Assembly: GCA_037447605.1 (NCBI GenBank)
Contig: CM074804.1
Coordinates: forward strand, 1 to 64,000
Source of the DNA: Zygnema circumcarinatum SAG 698-1b
Taxonomy: Eukaryota > Plantae > Zygnematophyceae
Reading direction: 5' to 3'
Length of the DNA stretch: 64,000 nt
Shown here: positions 38,060-48,981 of the stretch, piece by piece
Layout of the letters: every line of letters begins with the position of its first letter
How positions within the stretch are numbered: position 1 is the stretch's first letter
Program-made: the position numbers and the translations under genes
The notes under the pieces: generated by a model
Seen by the model: the letters and a program-made list of their open reading frames with translations, nothing else
Database searches by the model: none
Told to the model about the DNA's origin: nothing

Positions 38060-38600
38060 AACTGTCTGTCTGTCCGTCCGTCTGTCTGTCTGTCTGCCTG
38101 TCTGTGTATGTCCATCTGTGTGTCTGTCTGTCTGTCTGTCTGTCTGTCTGCATGTATGTATGTGTCTGTCTTTGCCTACCTGTCTGCGGTCGGAATGTCG
38201 GTCTGTATGTGTATATATTTGTCTGATTGTTTAAGTCTGTCTGTCTGTCTGCATATGTCTCTGTTTAGCTGTCGATGCATGTATGCCTGTCTGTCTGTCT
38301 AAGTCTGCCTGTCTGTCAAGTCTGCCTGTCTGTCAAGTCTGTCTGTCTGTCAAGTCTGTCTGTCTGTCAAGTCTGTCTGTCTGTCTGTCAAGTCTGTCTG
38401 TCTGTCAAGTCTGTCTGTCTGTCAAGTCTGTCTGTCTATCTGTCTATCTGTCGGTGTCTGTCTGTCTGTGTCTGTCTACCTTATTTGACTGTCTATCTCC
38501 ATGTCTGTGTGTCTGTCTGCCTGTTTCTGTCTCTGTGAATATCTGTATGTCTGTGCGTGTCTGCCTGCCTGCCTGCCTGCCTGTCTGTCTGTGTATGTCG
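38060..38600. repeat. Degenerate (TCTG)n microsatellite upstream of the DUF1997 gene
   Basis: Continuous TCTG/TGTC/TATG-type units with a TCTGTCTGTCAAG sub-period around 38300-38430. Confidence 0.88.
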
Positions 38601-38751
38601 GTCTGTTTTGTCTCAGCCCCCCTCCGCCCTCCGTCTGGTCCTCGCCGGCACGTGAACACAGCGCGTCGCGATATATCGCGATACATGGCACTTTCCGTAC
38701 AGTTGGAGAGCTCCTTACCGTCGATTTCCATCGCCCTCGCCGCGAGACACG

Positions 38752-38820
38752 GCCACGTGGCACTTGCCGCTCCGCTGACACGTCGACGTCCCCGCATCCA
38801 GTGGTGTGCCGCCACGTGGC
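38752..38820. promoter_or_regulatory. Two palindromic G-boxes (GCCACGTGGC) upstream of the DUF1997 gene
   Basis: Perfect 10-mers at 38752-38761 and 38811-38820, 58-127 nt upstream of ATG 38879. Confidence 0.55.
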
Positions 38821-38878
38821 TCCGCGCCTGCGGAGCGGCACGGCGAGGGAGCGAGCGGGTCCGGCGGCCGTCCTAGCC

Positions 38879-41278
38879 ATGGCCATGGCTGCCTGCGCCC
38901 TTCTTGCGCCGACCGGCCTCCCCGCCGCTCGCGCGTCTCCCTCTGCCTCGCCGACGTTGCGGCCATGGCGCGCCACCTTCTGGCCGGCGCCGAGGCCCCT
39001 GCAGCGCGTCCCGAGCCTTTCTTCCTCCGGCTCTTTCGGTTGCCCCAAGGAGGAAGCTCCACGCGGCAGGCAGCGATTGGTGGCAGTGCGGGCCATGGAG
39101 ACAAGCGCGCGTGAGGAGCCGGCGGGGCGACGGGCGACGCTGGTGGCGCAGCGCGTGGAGGAGTACGAGCTGCAGGAGATGGAGAGGCCGCTTGGTGAGA
39201 CGCCGCTCCCGCGGAACGCACTTCTAGCTCTTTAGGGTTCCTGCTAGCCATTTTGGGCTCCTATCGATGAAATAGCTTCTTGGTTCGTACTTCGAATTCA
39301 AGGTCCTCTCCGGCTGCTTGGCGGTCATTCGATTCCATATACCAAATGCGCAGAATTGCGTACTTCTTGGGAACTTTATGGCGGGGTGTTCTGCAAAACG
39401 CCGAATCGAAACTTTCCGGCAGGGCGGATGCCTGCGTTCGAAGAAACTTTTAGCGGAATGTCTGTCTCATGTATGTACACAATAGAAATACACACCTTCT
39501 CAAATTTCCCGATGGTTGCTGGTGGGGCTTGTTGAATGCAGCCGAGTATATGAGCCTTCCTGCAAGCCAGTACTCTGTCCTGGACGCTGAGAGAATTGAA
39601 CGTGTGGACGACAAGTCTTTCAAGTGCTACGCACATAGGCTCAAGTTTTTCGCTTTTGAGGTTTGCCCGGTATTGCTGGTTCGAGTGGATGAGCAGCCCA
39701 ACGGATGCTGCATTCGCCTGCTCTCGTGCAGGGTGAGGGCAGCGCCATCAACTGCCCATGCCCCTGCACGGTGAGGTGATGCTGCTGCTTGATTTGGAAG
39801 GCTGCAGCAACATCCTCAAGTCCACAACCGCACGGCCATTGCTTAAACTGGCTGCCTTGCATGGAGCGATTTTGTTTGGAGATAAGGGCACATTGTATCC
39901 TATAGCATCCGAGTGGCTTGCGGTATGTGTTGATGTTTGTCCTTTGCACTCCTTGCGTCAGGACAACAGCAGAGAACAAGTGCCTGATTTATTGTTGCCT
40001 TCGTAGAACCGCAGTACTTCCTTCGCAGTGTAGCCATGTCCAGCGGTTTCATTCGCATGATAAATGTTTTAATATTTTTGCTTTTTCACCAAGTTATGCG
40101 ATGTTTCGGTGAAGAGCGCTGAAAGCAAAGGACGAGTACTTTTTCGTTAATTGGAATCTTTAAGTGGTGATTGGACCAACAAGATATCGGACTGTGTGTT
40201 GCTTTTGCAGCTTGAAGGTTCCCCCATCGTACAAGCACAGAACGACAAATTTTCAGGTGCATCATGAAGAGGCATATTGATGGAATTGCTGTTGAATTCC
40301 ATTGCGTCTCCTTGTTCATGTTAAGGTTCATGTTTCACCACATATTGTAGCGGAACTCGCATAAAGGAAACATTTACATTCCGCTTGTGCATGATGCAAC
40401 AGTAGCAAGTCACCTTTGTTTCCTTTCCATCGTTCAAGCAGACCAAGGTTAACGCGGTGGCCTCACTGCTTGCTTAATTGACATGGGGATTGTGCTGTCG
40501 AGGGTGGTCAGCTTCAATGGAGAATAGTGTGCTTTGGAAATTAAGTAATCGATCTCCAGCAAGTCGGCTTCTTATCTCGGACACTACCATCCAAGTATAA
40601 CCCTCACCCTCACCCTTGACTTTCTATGCAATGTCTAGTGGAGGTCTTTGTGATGTGGAATCTCGTCCTTCTTGATTCTTGAGGATGTAACCATCACGTG
40701 ATGCAGTTTTGAAACGGTTGCCTGAGACAATTAACTTGCTCTATGCTGTATATTTTTCTGCTACAATGCTGGATGGCGTATCTGTTGGAATTTTATTTCT
40801 GAGAGAGGACAATTCTGTCCGTGTGATTTGGATCAGGAATATAGTTCATGTCATTTGCATCGCTGGCAGGTGTAATGTTGACTTTAAGCCTCGGCTCACT
40901 TTCTGGCATGACAGGTGACTTTGGTCATTCCCCCGGCTTTCACTTTTCTGTCAGTTGAAGCTATTGAAGCGACGGGAAATCAAGTACTGTCTCAGTTACT
41001 TCGCCTCATGTTGCCGAGGTTTCTTGAACAGGTACCGTTAATCATGTGCATTGTTGAGAGGTCGTGGCTCAATGGTATTGTATTGATTTGTCAATCGCAC
41101 TGGAAACTCCACTTTTGTGTTTGGATTTTTTTTAGAACTTGTTCAACCTCATTCTTCTGGAGTCCTTCACTCTGACGTCGAATATGCTCTGCTTGCACCT
41201 CTGCAGCTGGGCAGGGACTACAAGGCCTGGGCATGTGGGGATGAGTCGCGGCAACCGTTAGGAACGGGGGAATTGTGA
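38879..41278 (+). CDS. DUF1997 family protein, probably plastid-targeted; 6 exons
   Basis: Ala/Ser/Arg-rich transit-like N-terminus; ERPL|AEYMSLPASQYSVLDAERIERVDD..FKFFAFEVCPVLLVRVDEQPNGCCIRLLSC|LEGSPIVQAQNDKF|ASMENSV..|VTLVIPPAF..AIEATGNQVLSQLLRLMLPRFLEQ|LGRDYKAWACGDESRQPLGTGEL and stop. Confidence 0.9.
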
Positions 41279-42046
41279 CATTGTTCACTCGAGTTGACAT
41301 AGCGATGATGATTGTACAAGAAAAGTTTGCGAAGAGAATAAATTGTCAGGGCGGAGGGGAAGATGTCTCATGTGGATATTGACATCTGGTCAATTCTAAT
41401 TTTGCTCAAATTTTGCTACTTTTTCTCTCCCTCTCCCTCTTCCTCTCCCACTTAGCTTCCCTCGGCCTTGTTGTGTGTCGTGCGTCTGTGACTTCTACAT
41501 AACGTGTTTCGCAATGAAGGGCATAATCTTATTCAATGGAGGTACTGCGCACTGCGCTTCCGGTAGCGTTTGTTTTGTGGCGGCCACTGGTCAGGTCGCG
41601 GCGAGGAAGTGACGACCATCCCATCAGTGAGCGCAGGCAGGGGGAGATGCGTCTGAGCCTTCGGAGGCGGCGCGGACGAACCCGCTTCGGCATCTGTCGA
41701 CCGCCCCCCCTCGCGCAAGCATCCGCGAGCTATCTCTTTATCTATCTATCTACCGGCTCTCCACCGCGTGCTCAACGGCGTGGAATGCGTGGAAACAGAA
41801 GTCCAGTCGGAAATTAGAGACAAACGCAGCGAGGATCACTCGCTCGCTCGCTCTCGCAGCAGAACCAACCGCCGCATGCGCCGCATGGCCCGCAAACTCC
41901 GTCAGGCAAACTACAGAACATGGTGAAGGCCGTACTATTATATTCAGATAAACAATGAAGCGCCAGGACATGATCGCGAAAGGCTGAGTGACTAAGGCCC
42001 CTCGCCTGCCTCTGCCTACTGCCGCACGCAGGTGTCTCCCTCCCCC

Positions 42047-45000
42047 TCACGTGCAGAGCCGCACCTCGCCGGGGTTGAGCAAAGACTCCGCCATTGTCCA
42101 GCCCTGCACCCGACTTCTCCCACTTAGAAAAGGAAAATTTTGGCGATGCGAACATCAGTTTCATGCATGCATGCCGAACCATTGGCTTCCAGCCAATGCG
42201 ACCTCATATACAGCGCTGCAAGATTGGCAGCTTCCCGCCGGAAGGCATTCGCCGAGCTTCTCAGCAGCAATTTGAACGACAAAGGATCCACTTCAACTGA
42301 CAGGGAGCTAAATCTGCATAAGACAGTAGTTATCTCCGCAGTCGTCACTCCCTCCATCCTATGACGACAGTGCCTTCTTTACATCCATACCCTCTCTCTC
42401 TTTACATCCATAGGACCTCCACGTTTTCACAACATCCACAGAGATTGAGCTCTCAGAAGAGCAGTCTCCCCCCTGCGCACCTGCACCGCCGCCTCCGCCC
42501 GAAAGGCGCTGAAGAGCGTCCGCGTGCGGCGGCAGCTCTCGGCGACCTCCGCCTCCGACAGCGTCCGGATGCGCCCTCGGCCCCCCTCCCGCTGCGCCGC
42601 CTCCTGCAGAGTGTGCAGCAGGACATGGGCCTGCACCTCTACCACAAGCCCGCCCCGGGAAATCACCACATGGCAGGCTGAAACATGCCAGACGCTCCAA
42701 GTCAGCACCTCACAGTTTCTAACAGATCACGACACACTAAGGTGCCCATCCGACACATCTACCGACTCGAACTGGCTAGGTCGGTTTACAGTGGTTGTCG
42801 AGTATGCCCGGACAAATTTCTGAGACTACGAACAGCCTGCCTCGCCAGCTCGTTCACGGCCCTGCCCGTCGGAACTTGCCGTAAACTCTAATCAGAATGA
42901 AAATAGCGCGGGCAACTGCTCGAGAACGTGAAACAGTTAACAGGATCAGCATTCCGGCATATCGTACACTGATAATTCACGAAACTGCTTTACAAACGTG
43001 CCAGAAATTAGGGTGTCTATAATCTCTGATGGACGCGAGTGGAAGCACCTCCGATGCCTACGTTGGCACAATATTCCAGGATACATCCACGCTAACCGCT
43101 ATATACAATCTAAAAAATAAAGCGCTATTTATTTGAATTTCTGGCCGCCAGTATACATCTGGCGTTTCATATGCTTGAAAAGGTGAACTTTACTCCTTCC
43201 CTGGCAGTGCACTCCCAAGCACTGCCCTTCATGCAGGCGGGCGGGCAGGCAGGCCGCCCCTCGCGCACCTGGAAGGCGGCCTGCAGGACGTGTTCCGACG
43301 TGGCGCCCTCCTTGAGCACCACGTAGGCGCGCCGCCGCCCTGGCCGGTACGCCACGAGGTAGCGCTCGTCCTGCCTCGCCCCATCCCTCCCTTTCTCCCT
43401 CTCTCAGCGCGCGCCCTCTCTCTCCCTCTCTCCCTCTCTCCCGCTCTCTCTGGGCGGGTGGTGGCAGCAGTGCGCGGGGAGGCGGCGCACCTGAAAGAGG
43501 CGCTGGGCGGCCCGCAGCGCCTCGGGGGAGGGGAAGGCCTCCGCCACGCTCACTCCTGCGCTCACTCCACCATTGATCCTGTTTGAGCTTCATGCAGTAT
43601 TGCACTTGCTCCTGAATACTTATTGCAGAGCAGAATCTCGTATTTAGGGGAAACAAAATACTGTCCTTTCAAGTATTCGTTGGGACTCATTTTCCAGCGG
43701 GGGGGGTTGGTGGTGGGCGGAGGGGGCGCAATTTGCACAGAACGTGGAAACAAGCAGCAGCCTGCAAATGGCTTATCCGAGTACGCACCAAGCTGGAGAG
43801 GCTGCTCCGATGCCCACGGCATGACCAGTATCGCCTCCTGCTGGTTCACCTCCGCGAGGGGCGGCACCCGCCCTGCACGCCCGCGCAAAGCAACGCAACG
43901 CAATGCCTGCAGGTCAGGACCGCGCCTCCCCCAGGACAAGACAAGAGGGCAGGACTTCCGGTGGCAGTACCCCTCCTGCAGGCCGCGGACTTCACCTTGG
44001 CTATGCCGGACCTGACCTCATTAATATATGAAAACGCAGTCCTGTGCGCAAATACCAAATAGCGCAGCTTCTACAAAGTAGGAACCTCTCATTTAGGCAT
44101 AGCTTACAGCAGGGCTGCTAGGGAGCACCTCAGAAGCCTCGCGCTGCAAAAATGGCCTTCAACCAATTTCTGAGAGAGAGAAAGGGAGGGAGGGAGGCAG
44201 GGGGAGAGAGAGAGGAGAAAGAGAGAAAGAGAGAGAGAGGGAGTGAGGGAGAGAGAACGAGAGAGAGAGAGGGGGAGAGGAAGGGGGGTTGGCGGGGGGT
44301 GGCGGGGGGATTGCCTGATGGAGGGTGACCTGCCTGTCTGCAGGAACGTATGCCATTGTTGACGCATGGCTGCCATGTTGAGCGTGGTAGGTGCAGCGCC
44401 AAGACCTCGCGGTAATACGAGCCCAGCAGGTACCTGCAGGGTGCAGGTGCAGGGTGCAGGTGCAGGGTGCAGGGTGCAGGAGTGCAGGGGTGCAGGGTGC
44501 AGGTGCAGGGTGCAGGTGCAGGGTGCAGGTGCAGGGTGCAGGGTGAAGGGTGCAGGGTGCAGGGTGAAGGGTGCAGGGTGCAGGTGCAGGGTGCAGGGTG
44601 AAGGGTGCAGGGTGCAGGGTGCAGGGTGCAGGGTGCAGGGTGCATGGTTTAGGGGTTAGGGTGCAGGGTGCAGGATTTCGGGTTTAGGGTGAAGGGTGCA
44701 TGGTGCAGGGTGCAGGGTGCAGGGTGCAGGGTTTAGGGGGCAGGGTGCAGGGTGCAGGGTTTCGGGTTCAGGGTGCAGGGTGCAGGGTGCAGGGTGCAGG
44801 GTGCAGGGTGCAGGGTGTGCAGGGGTGCAGGGTGCAGGGTGCAGGGTGCAGGGTGCAGGGTGCATGGTTTAGGGGTTAGGGTGCAGGGTGCAGGAGTGCA
44901 GGGGGCAGGGTGAAGGGTGCAGGGTTCAGGGTGCGGGATTTTGGGTGAAGGGTGCAGGGTTTAGGGTGCATGGTTTAGGGTGCAGGGTGCAGGGTGCAGG

Positions 45001-47767
45001 GTGCAGGGTGCAGGGTTCGGGTTTAGGGTGAAGGGTGCAGGGTGCAGGGTGCAGGGTGCAGGGTGCAGGGTGCAGGGTGCAGGGTGCAGGGTGCAGGGGT
45101 TAGGGGTTCGAGTTTAGGGTTTAGGGTGCAAGGTGCAGGGTGCAGGATGCAGGGTTTCGGGATTTTGGGTGCAGGGTGAGGGTGCAGGGTTCAGGGTTGC
45201 AGGGTTCAGGGTGCAGGGTCAGGGTGCAGGGTGCAGGGTGCAGGGTGCAGGGTGCAGGGTGCAGGGTGCAGGGTGCAGGGTGCAGGGTGCAGGGTGCAGG
45301 GTGCAGGGTGCAGGGTGCAGGGTGCAGGGTGCAGGGTGCAGGGTGCAGGGTGCAGGGTGCAGGGTGCAGGGTGAAGGGTGCAGGGTGCAGGGTGCAGGGT
45401 GCGGACCTTGGCCACGTTGGCGGCGCAGGCGAGCGGGAGGAAGAAGCGCGGCAGCGCCATGGTGGCCAGCTCCACGCCCGCGCCCACCTCCATCAAAAGG
45501 TCGCCCGCAAACCGGAACTGCACACCTCGCAAAGGGACTCACAGCGACGCAACTTAAGTAGCACAAAGATATGTTTGAAACTCCTCTCTCCCTTACGGAA
45601 ATAGTCAATGAAAGTTGGAAAGGCTGCTTCAAAAGCTAACTCAGACGAGGCAGAAGGCCTGTGCTTCACTTCTCTCGCCCCGCACCTGCTTCAAGTCGCA
45701 GTCGAACCTCTTCCCGTGCCGCGCGAACAGCATCTTCCCGACTCGCCCCGCGCCGTCCTGCAAAGCACCGAACGTGGCGCCGCAGAGGGCTCAGCTCACA
45801 TTGAAAACTCGGTCTCACCAAACTGAAGAATTCATCCCGAAACCAACAATGCGTCCTTCACATTTTTAGAAAACGTTGAAGTTCTTTCCAATTCTCTATG
45901 GAGTCCTTCAAAACTAATCTAGAGCTTGGTGATTGCTAATTGAGCCAGTGCTTTGGTTATCTGAGCACTGTCCAGGGGTTCTGTCCAAACTCGTTCAGAC
46001 CAGTTTTCCATGAGGGGTGGGGGAGACAAATGGGCCAGGTAGAACCGATGCAAAGCACATACATATTGTAAGGACAAAATTTGTATCCGGCAATTGCACC
46101 TCATAACTCACGACCATGCTTAAAAGCTGTACGCTTGGACAATGATGGTTCCCATTGTAATACTCTTAACTTCCCTTCACTCATAGCTGCATTCTTCACT
46201 CGTACAAACTCACTCCCGCTCTCCTTCTTGTATAGAAATGACATGCTTCCGTGTACGGAGCTGTGGTTGTGAAGCACCCGCATTAGGGCATACCTACAAT
46301 TCATTGTGCCCCTGCCTTTGACCAATTGGACATGTGCCCCATATCCATGCCCAGCGGGCGGGTTGGCGCACCTTGATGACCCAGTTGACCGCGAGCGCGC
46401 CTGAGGCCGCGCCGCCCCGCGACACGCCCAACGCGTGCAGGAGGGACCGCGTCGTGAACACGCTCATCGCGCCGCCGAAGAAGTACTGCGCCCGCGCGGC
46501 CCTGCCCGTGTCACCTCATAGAGGCGTGCTCCCTTGCTTTCCATCGCGAGCAAATGCAAACAACGAGCAATGCTTCTTTCACCGATGGCACTCGCTCGGT
46601 CTCTGAAAGTGGACGCTCACCTGTACAGCACGCCACTGCATGTACGGAGTATACGACAAAGAAACACTCTCTGGATAACCTTCGGGTAGCACATATGACT
46701 TTGCAAAATTGATTAGGGCCTGCAACATCTCAAAAAAATCGTGAATCGCCTGTAATAATTCACATTGCTCTGATGAAAAATGAAAAAAAAACAAAGCTTC
46801 AACATTTTTTTTCAATGTAGCCGCAGAATGCAGATTTTTCACTGATTAAAAAATGTTATATTCAAGAAAGTATAGCGCGTCCCCGAAAAGTAAAACAAAA
46901 GAAAGTCTGAAGTTGAATTCTACAGCTCACCCCCAGAGGCCCAGGCCGCTGATCAGAATCAACCGCTTCAAACTCCTCTTTCAATTTCCCTTTTCTTAGC
47001 CGCACCCTCACAAAATACTGCTTCTTCAACCCGCCCACCCTCTCCGCGCATAAGGGCACGGAGGACCCCTCTCCCCGCGCAGGCCTCTCCGCCCGCCGGC
47101 TGCGCTCGCTCTCCTCCTCCTCCTCCTCCGCGCCCTCGCCCTCCGCCTCCCCCAGCGCGGGCCGCCAGTGCTCGGCCAGCGCCGGCGAGGCCGTGCGCTC
47201 ATAGCGCAGGCGCTGCCCGCCCCCGCCCCCGCCCCCGCCCCCGCCCCACGCCGCCGTCGCAATTCTGTCCACGCTGTGCGGCAGCGCCCCCGGCCGCAGC
47301 CCTACGCTTGAGCTGGAGGCCCTCGCCGAGCTCTCCCCTCCCCCGTCCAGGCCTCCCTGCAGGCTGCCGGCGTGCAGCTTCAGAAGGGAGGACTGGACGG
47401 CTGCCGACAAGTGCGAGCCCAGCTCAGGCTGCACGCTGCCCCCTCCGTGGAGGTCCCAGGTCCGCGCTTGCTGCACTCTGCATTGGATTTTCGCCTGCCA
47501 GCGGTGCAGGAGGGCTGCCGGAGCGAGAACCAGGCCTGGACCCAGGTCTTCCATTACTGCATGCATCAAGCAGCCGCACCCAGGAAGGGGCGTCAGCTGT
47601 TGGAGAAGTTCAAAGAGAGAACAACAAACAAAGAGAGCAACGAAGAACAGTATGCCTCGTGCAGCTCTCCAACACATAAGAGCAAATGGCAAACCTGGCC
47701 GACTGGTAAGTGCGGCGCCATGGTCTGCTGCCACCGCAGCCTGCGGCTCCATCCCGCTCCGCGCCAT
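42047..47767 (-). CDS. RUS6: ROOT UVB SENSITIVE (DUF647) protein, RUS6-like; incomplete in this assembly (exons missing at 44434-45406, one frameshift near 44385)
   Basis: SYVLPEGYPESVSLSYTPYMQWRAVQ|YFFGGAMSVFTTRSLL..AVNWVIK|DGAGRVGKMLFARHGKRFDCDLKQ|FRFAGDLLMEVGAGVELAT..FLPLACAANVAK, later GRVPPLAEVNQQE, DERYLVAY..HVLQAAFQ|AHVLLH, GWTMAESLLNPGEVRLCT and stop. The start ATG is tentative. Confidence 0.86.
44435..45400. repeat. (TGCAGGG)n satellite interspersed with TTTAGGG, TTCAGGG, TGAAGGG and TTAGGG units
   Basis: About 965 bp of 7-mer repeats ending in GGG, occupying the whole interval between two RUS6 exons. Confidence 0.93.
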
Positions 47768-47856
47768 GGCCGTCCGCTGCAGTCAGCTTCCACCCCCCAT
47801 GGCCCCCCTCTTCCCCCGCCACTCGCGTCTCTTTCCCGGGGCGCAAAGCGATCGTT

Positions 47857-47968
47857 CCACGTGGCAGGCGCGGCAAGTGCGTGGCAGGCGCCGGTTGGCG
47901 AGCGGCGGGCGGGCCCGCGAGTGGCGGCGCGCCACGTGGCAGGCGCTGCCGCCCGCGCTCGCCACGTG
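47857..47968. promoter_or_regulatory. Three G-box (CACGTG) motifs upstream of the RUS6-like gene
   Basis: CCACGTGGC at 47857, GCCACGTGGC at 47931 and GCCACGTG at 47961, 90-200 nt upstream of the putative minus-strand ATG at 47767. Confidence 0.5.
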
Positions 47969-48981
47969 TGGGGAGCGGCTGGCGCCGGGCAGTCCCGCCC
48001 GCCCGCTCCATGTGACGCTGCGCCGCTGGCATTTGGCGCCGCTGAAGGACGGGATACGGAACATGGCACACGGAACGCCGATTGGCTGTGGTTCACTCAG
48101 GGCGGGGGCGGGGGCGGGGGCGGCCTGGCAGAGGACGGAGCCGCAGGACGCCTGGGAGGGAGGGATGGAGGGAGGCCGTCCGTTCGTGCCTGAATGAAAG
48201 GTGACACAGCAGCGACACAAGGCAGGCAGCCGCGATGGCAGGCAGCAGGACGCAGCGCAGCGCATCTTAGCGGTGATGATATTAGCGGTGCGTTTTGGAA
48301 GGCGTGCAGTTTGCGGGTTTGATCGCGAGGGCAGACTCTTTCGTTGTCGTCCTCGAGAGATGGGAGAAGCAAGCTGGACACGACCACACTGTCAGCGGCG
48401 TTCGAGTAGTCTTGGAATACGAGGGCTGTGGAGGCATGGCGATGTGGGATGGGAGAAGCAAACGAGCTGCTACGATAAGAGGAGCGGACCAGTTCGAGCA
48501 GAAATTCGCTAAGGATGGCGGGGCAGTCCGACCAGAGGCTAAAGTCTTAGGTCTGCCCCTGTCGGCACCCCGCCGTCTCCAGCGAGCGCTTCACTTCACT
48601 TCATGCCGTGCGCTCTGACAACAGGCAGGAAAGAAAGGTGTGTGCACACAGCCAAGCTACACCATCAAAAGGTTGGTGAATGCGCATTTTCTACTTTTGA
48701 AGAAAATATCATCCCCTGCAAGTGTTGGCGTGTCATGTGGCCATGGCAGTGCTCAACATTCCTCAGGTTGTCCTCCGCACTGCCACTCGGAGCACAAGAA
48801 GAGGAGCCCCGTGTGGCAGCGGAGGCCGCAGTCGGAGCCCCTGCGCCAGGCGGCAGGGCACGCGCCCTTCAGCGTGCCTACAAAGGACTACTGGGGACGC
48901 CTACAGTGCAAGAGCTGCCTACAGCTGCGAGATGCACATGCATGTTGGAAATGAAGAAAACAGGGCCGACAAGGATTGGGT

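Noticed and set aside
44130-45632. ORFs with HPAPCTL/CRVQGAG repeats
   Set aside because: Translation of the TGCAGGG satellite, not proteins.
3489-47767. ARF, NAL1, FNTB/ERA1 and RUS as a hormone-signalling gene cluster
   Set aside because: They are interspersed with housekeeping genes and share no evident regulatory signature; there is no synteny evidence, so co-location is likely chance.
48200-48620. Open frames on both strands between SYP4 and RUS6
   Set aside because: No recognisable domain or consistent splice pattern; they may be UTR or intergenic sequence.
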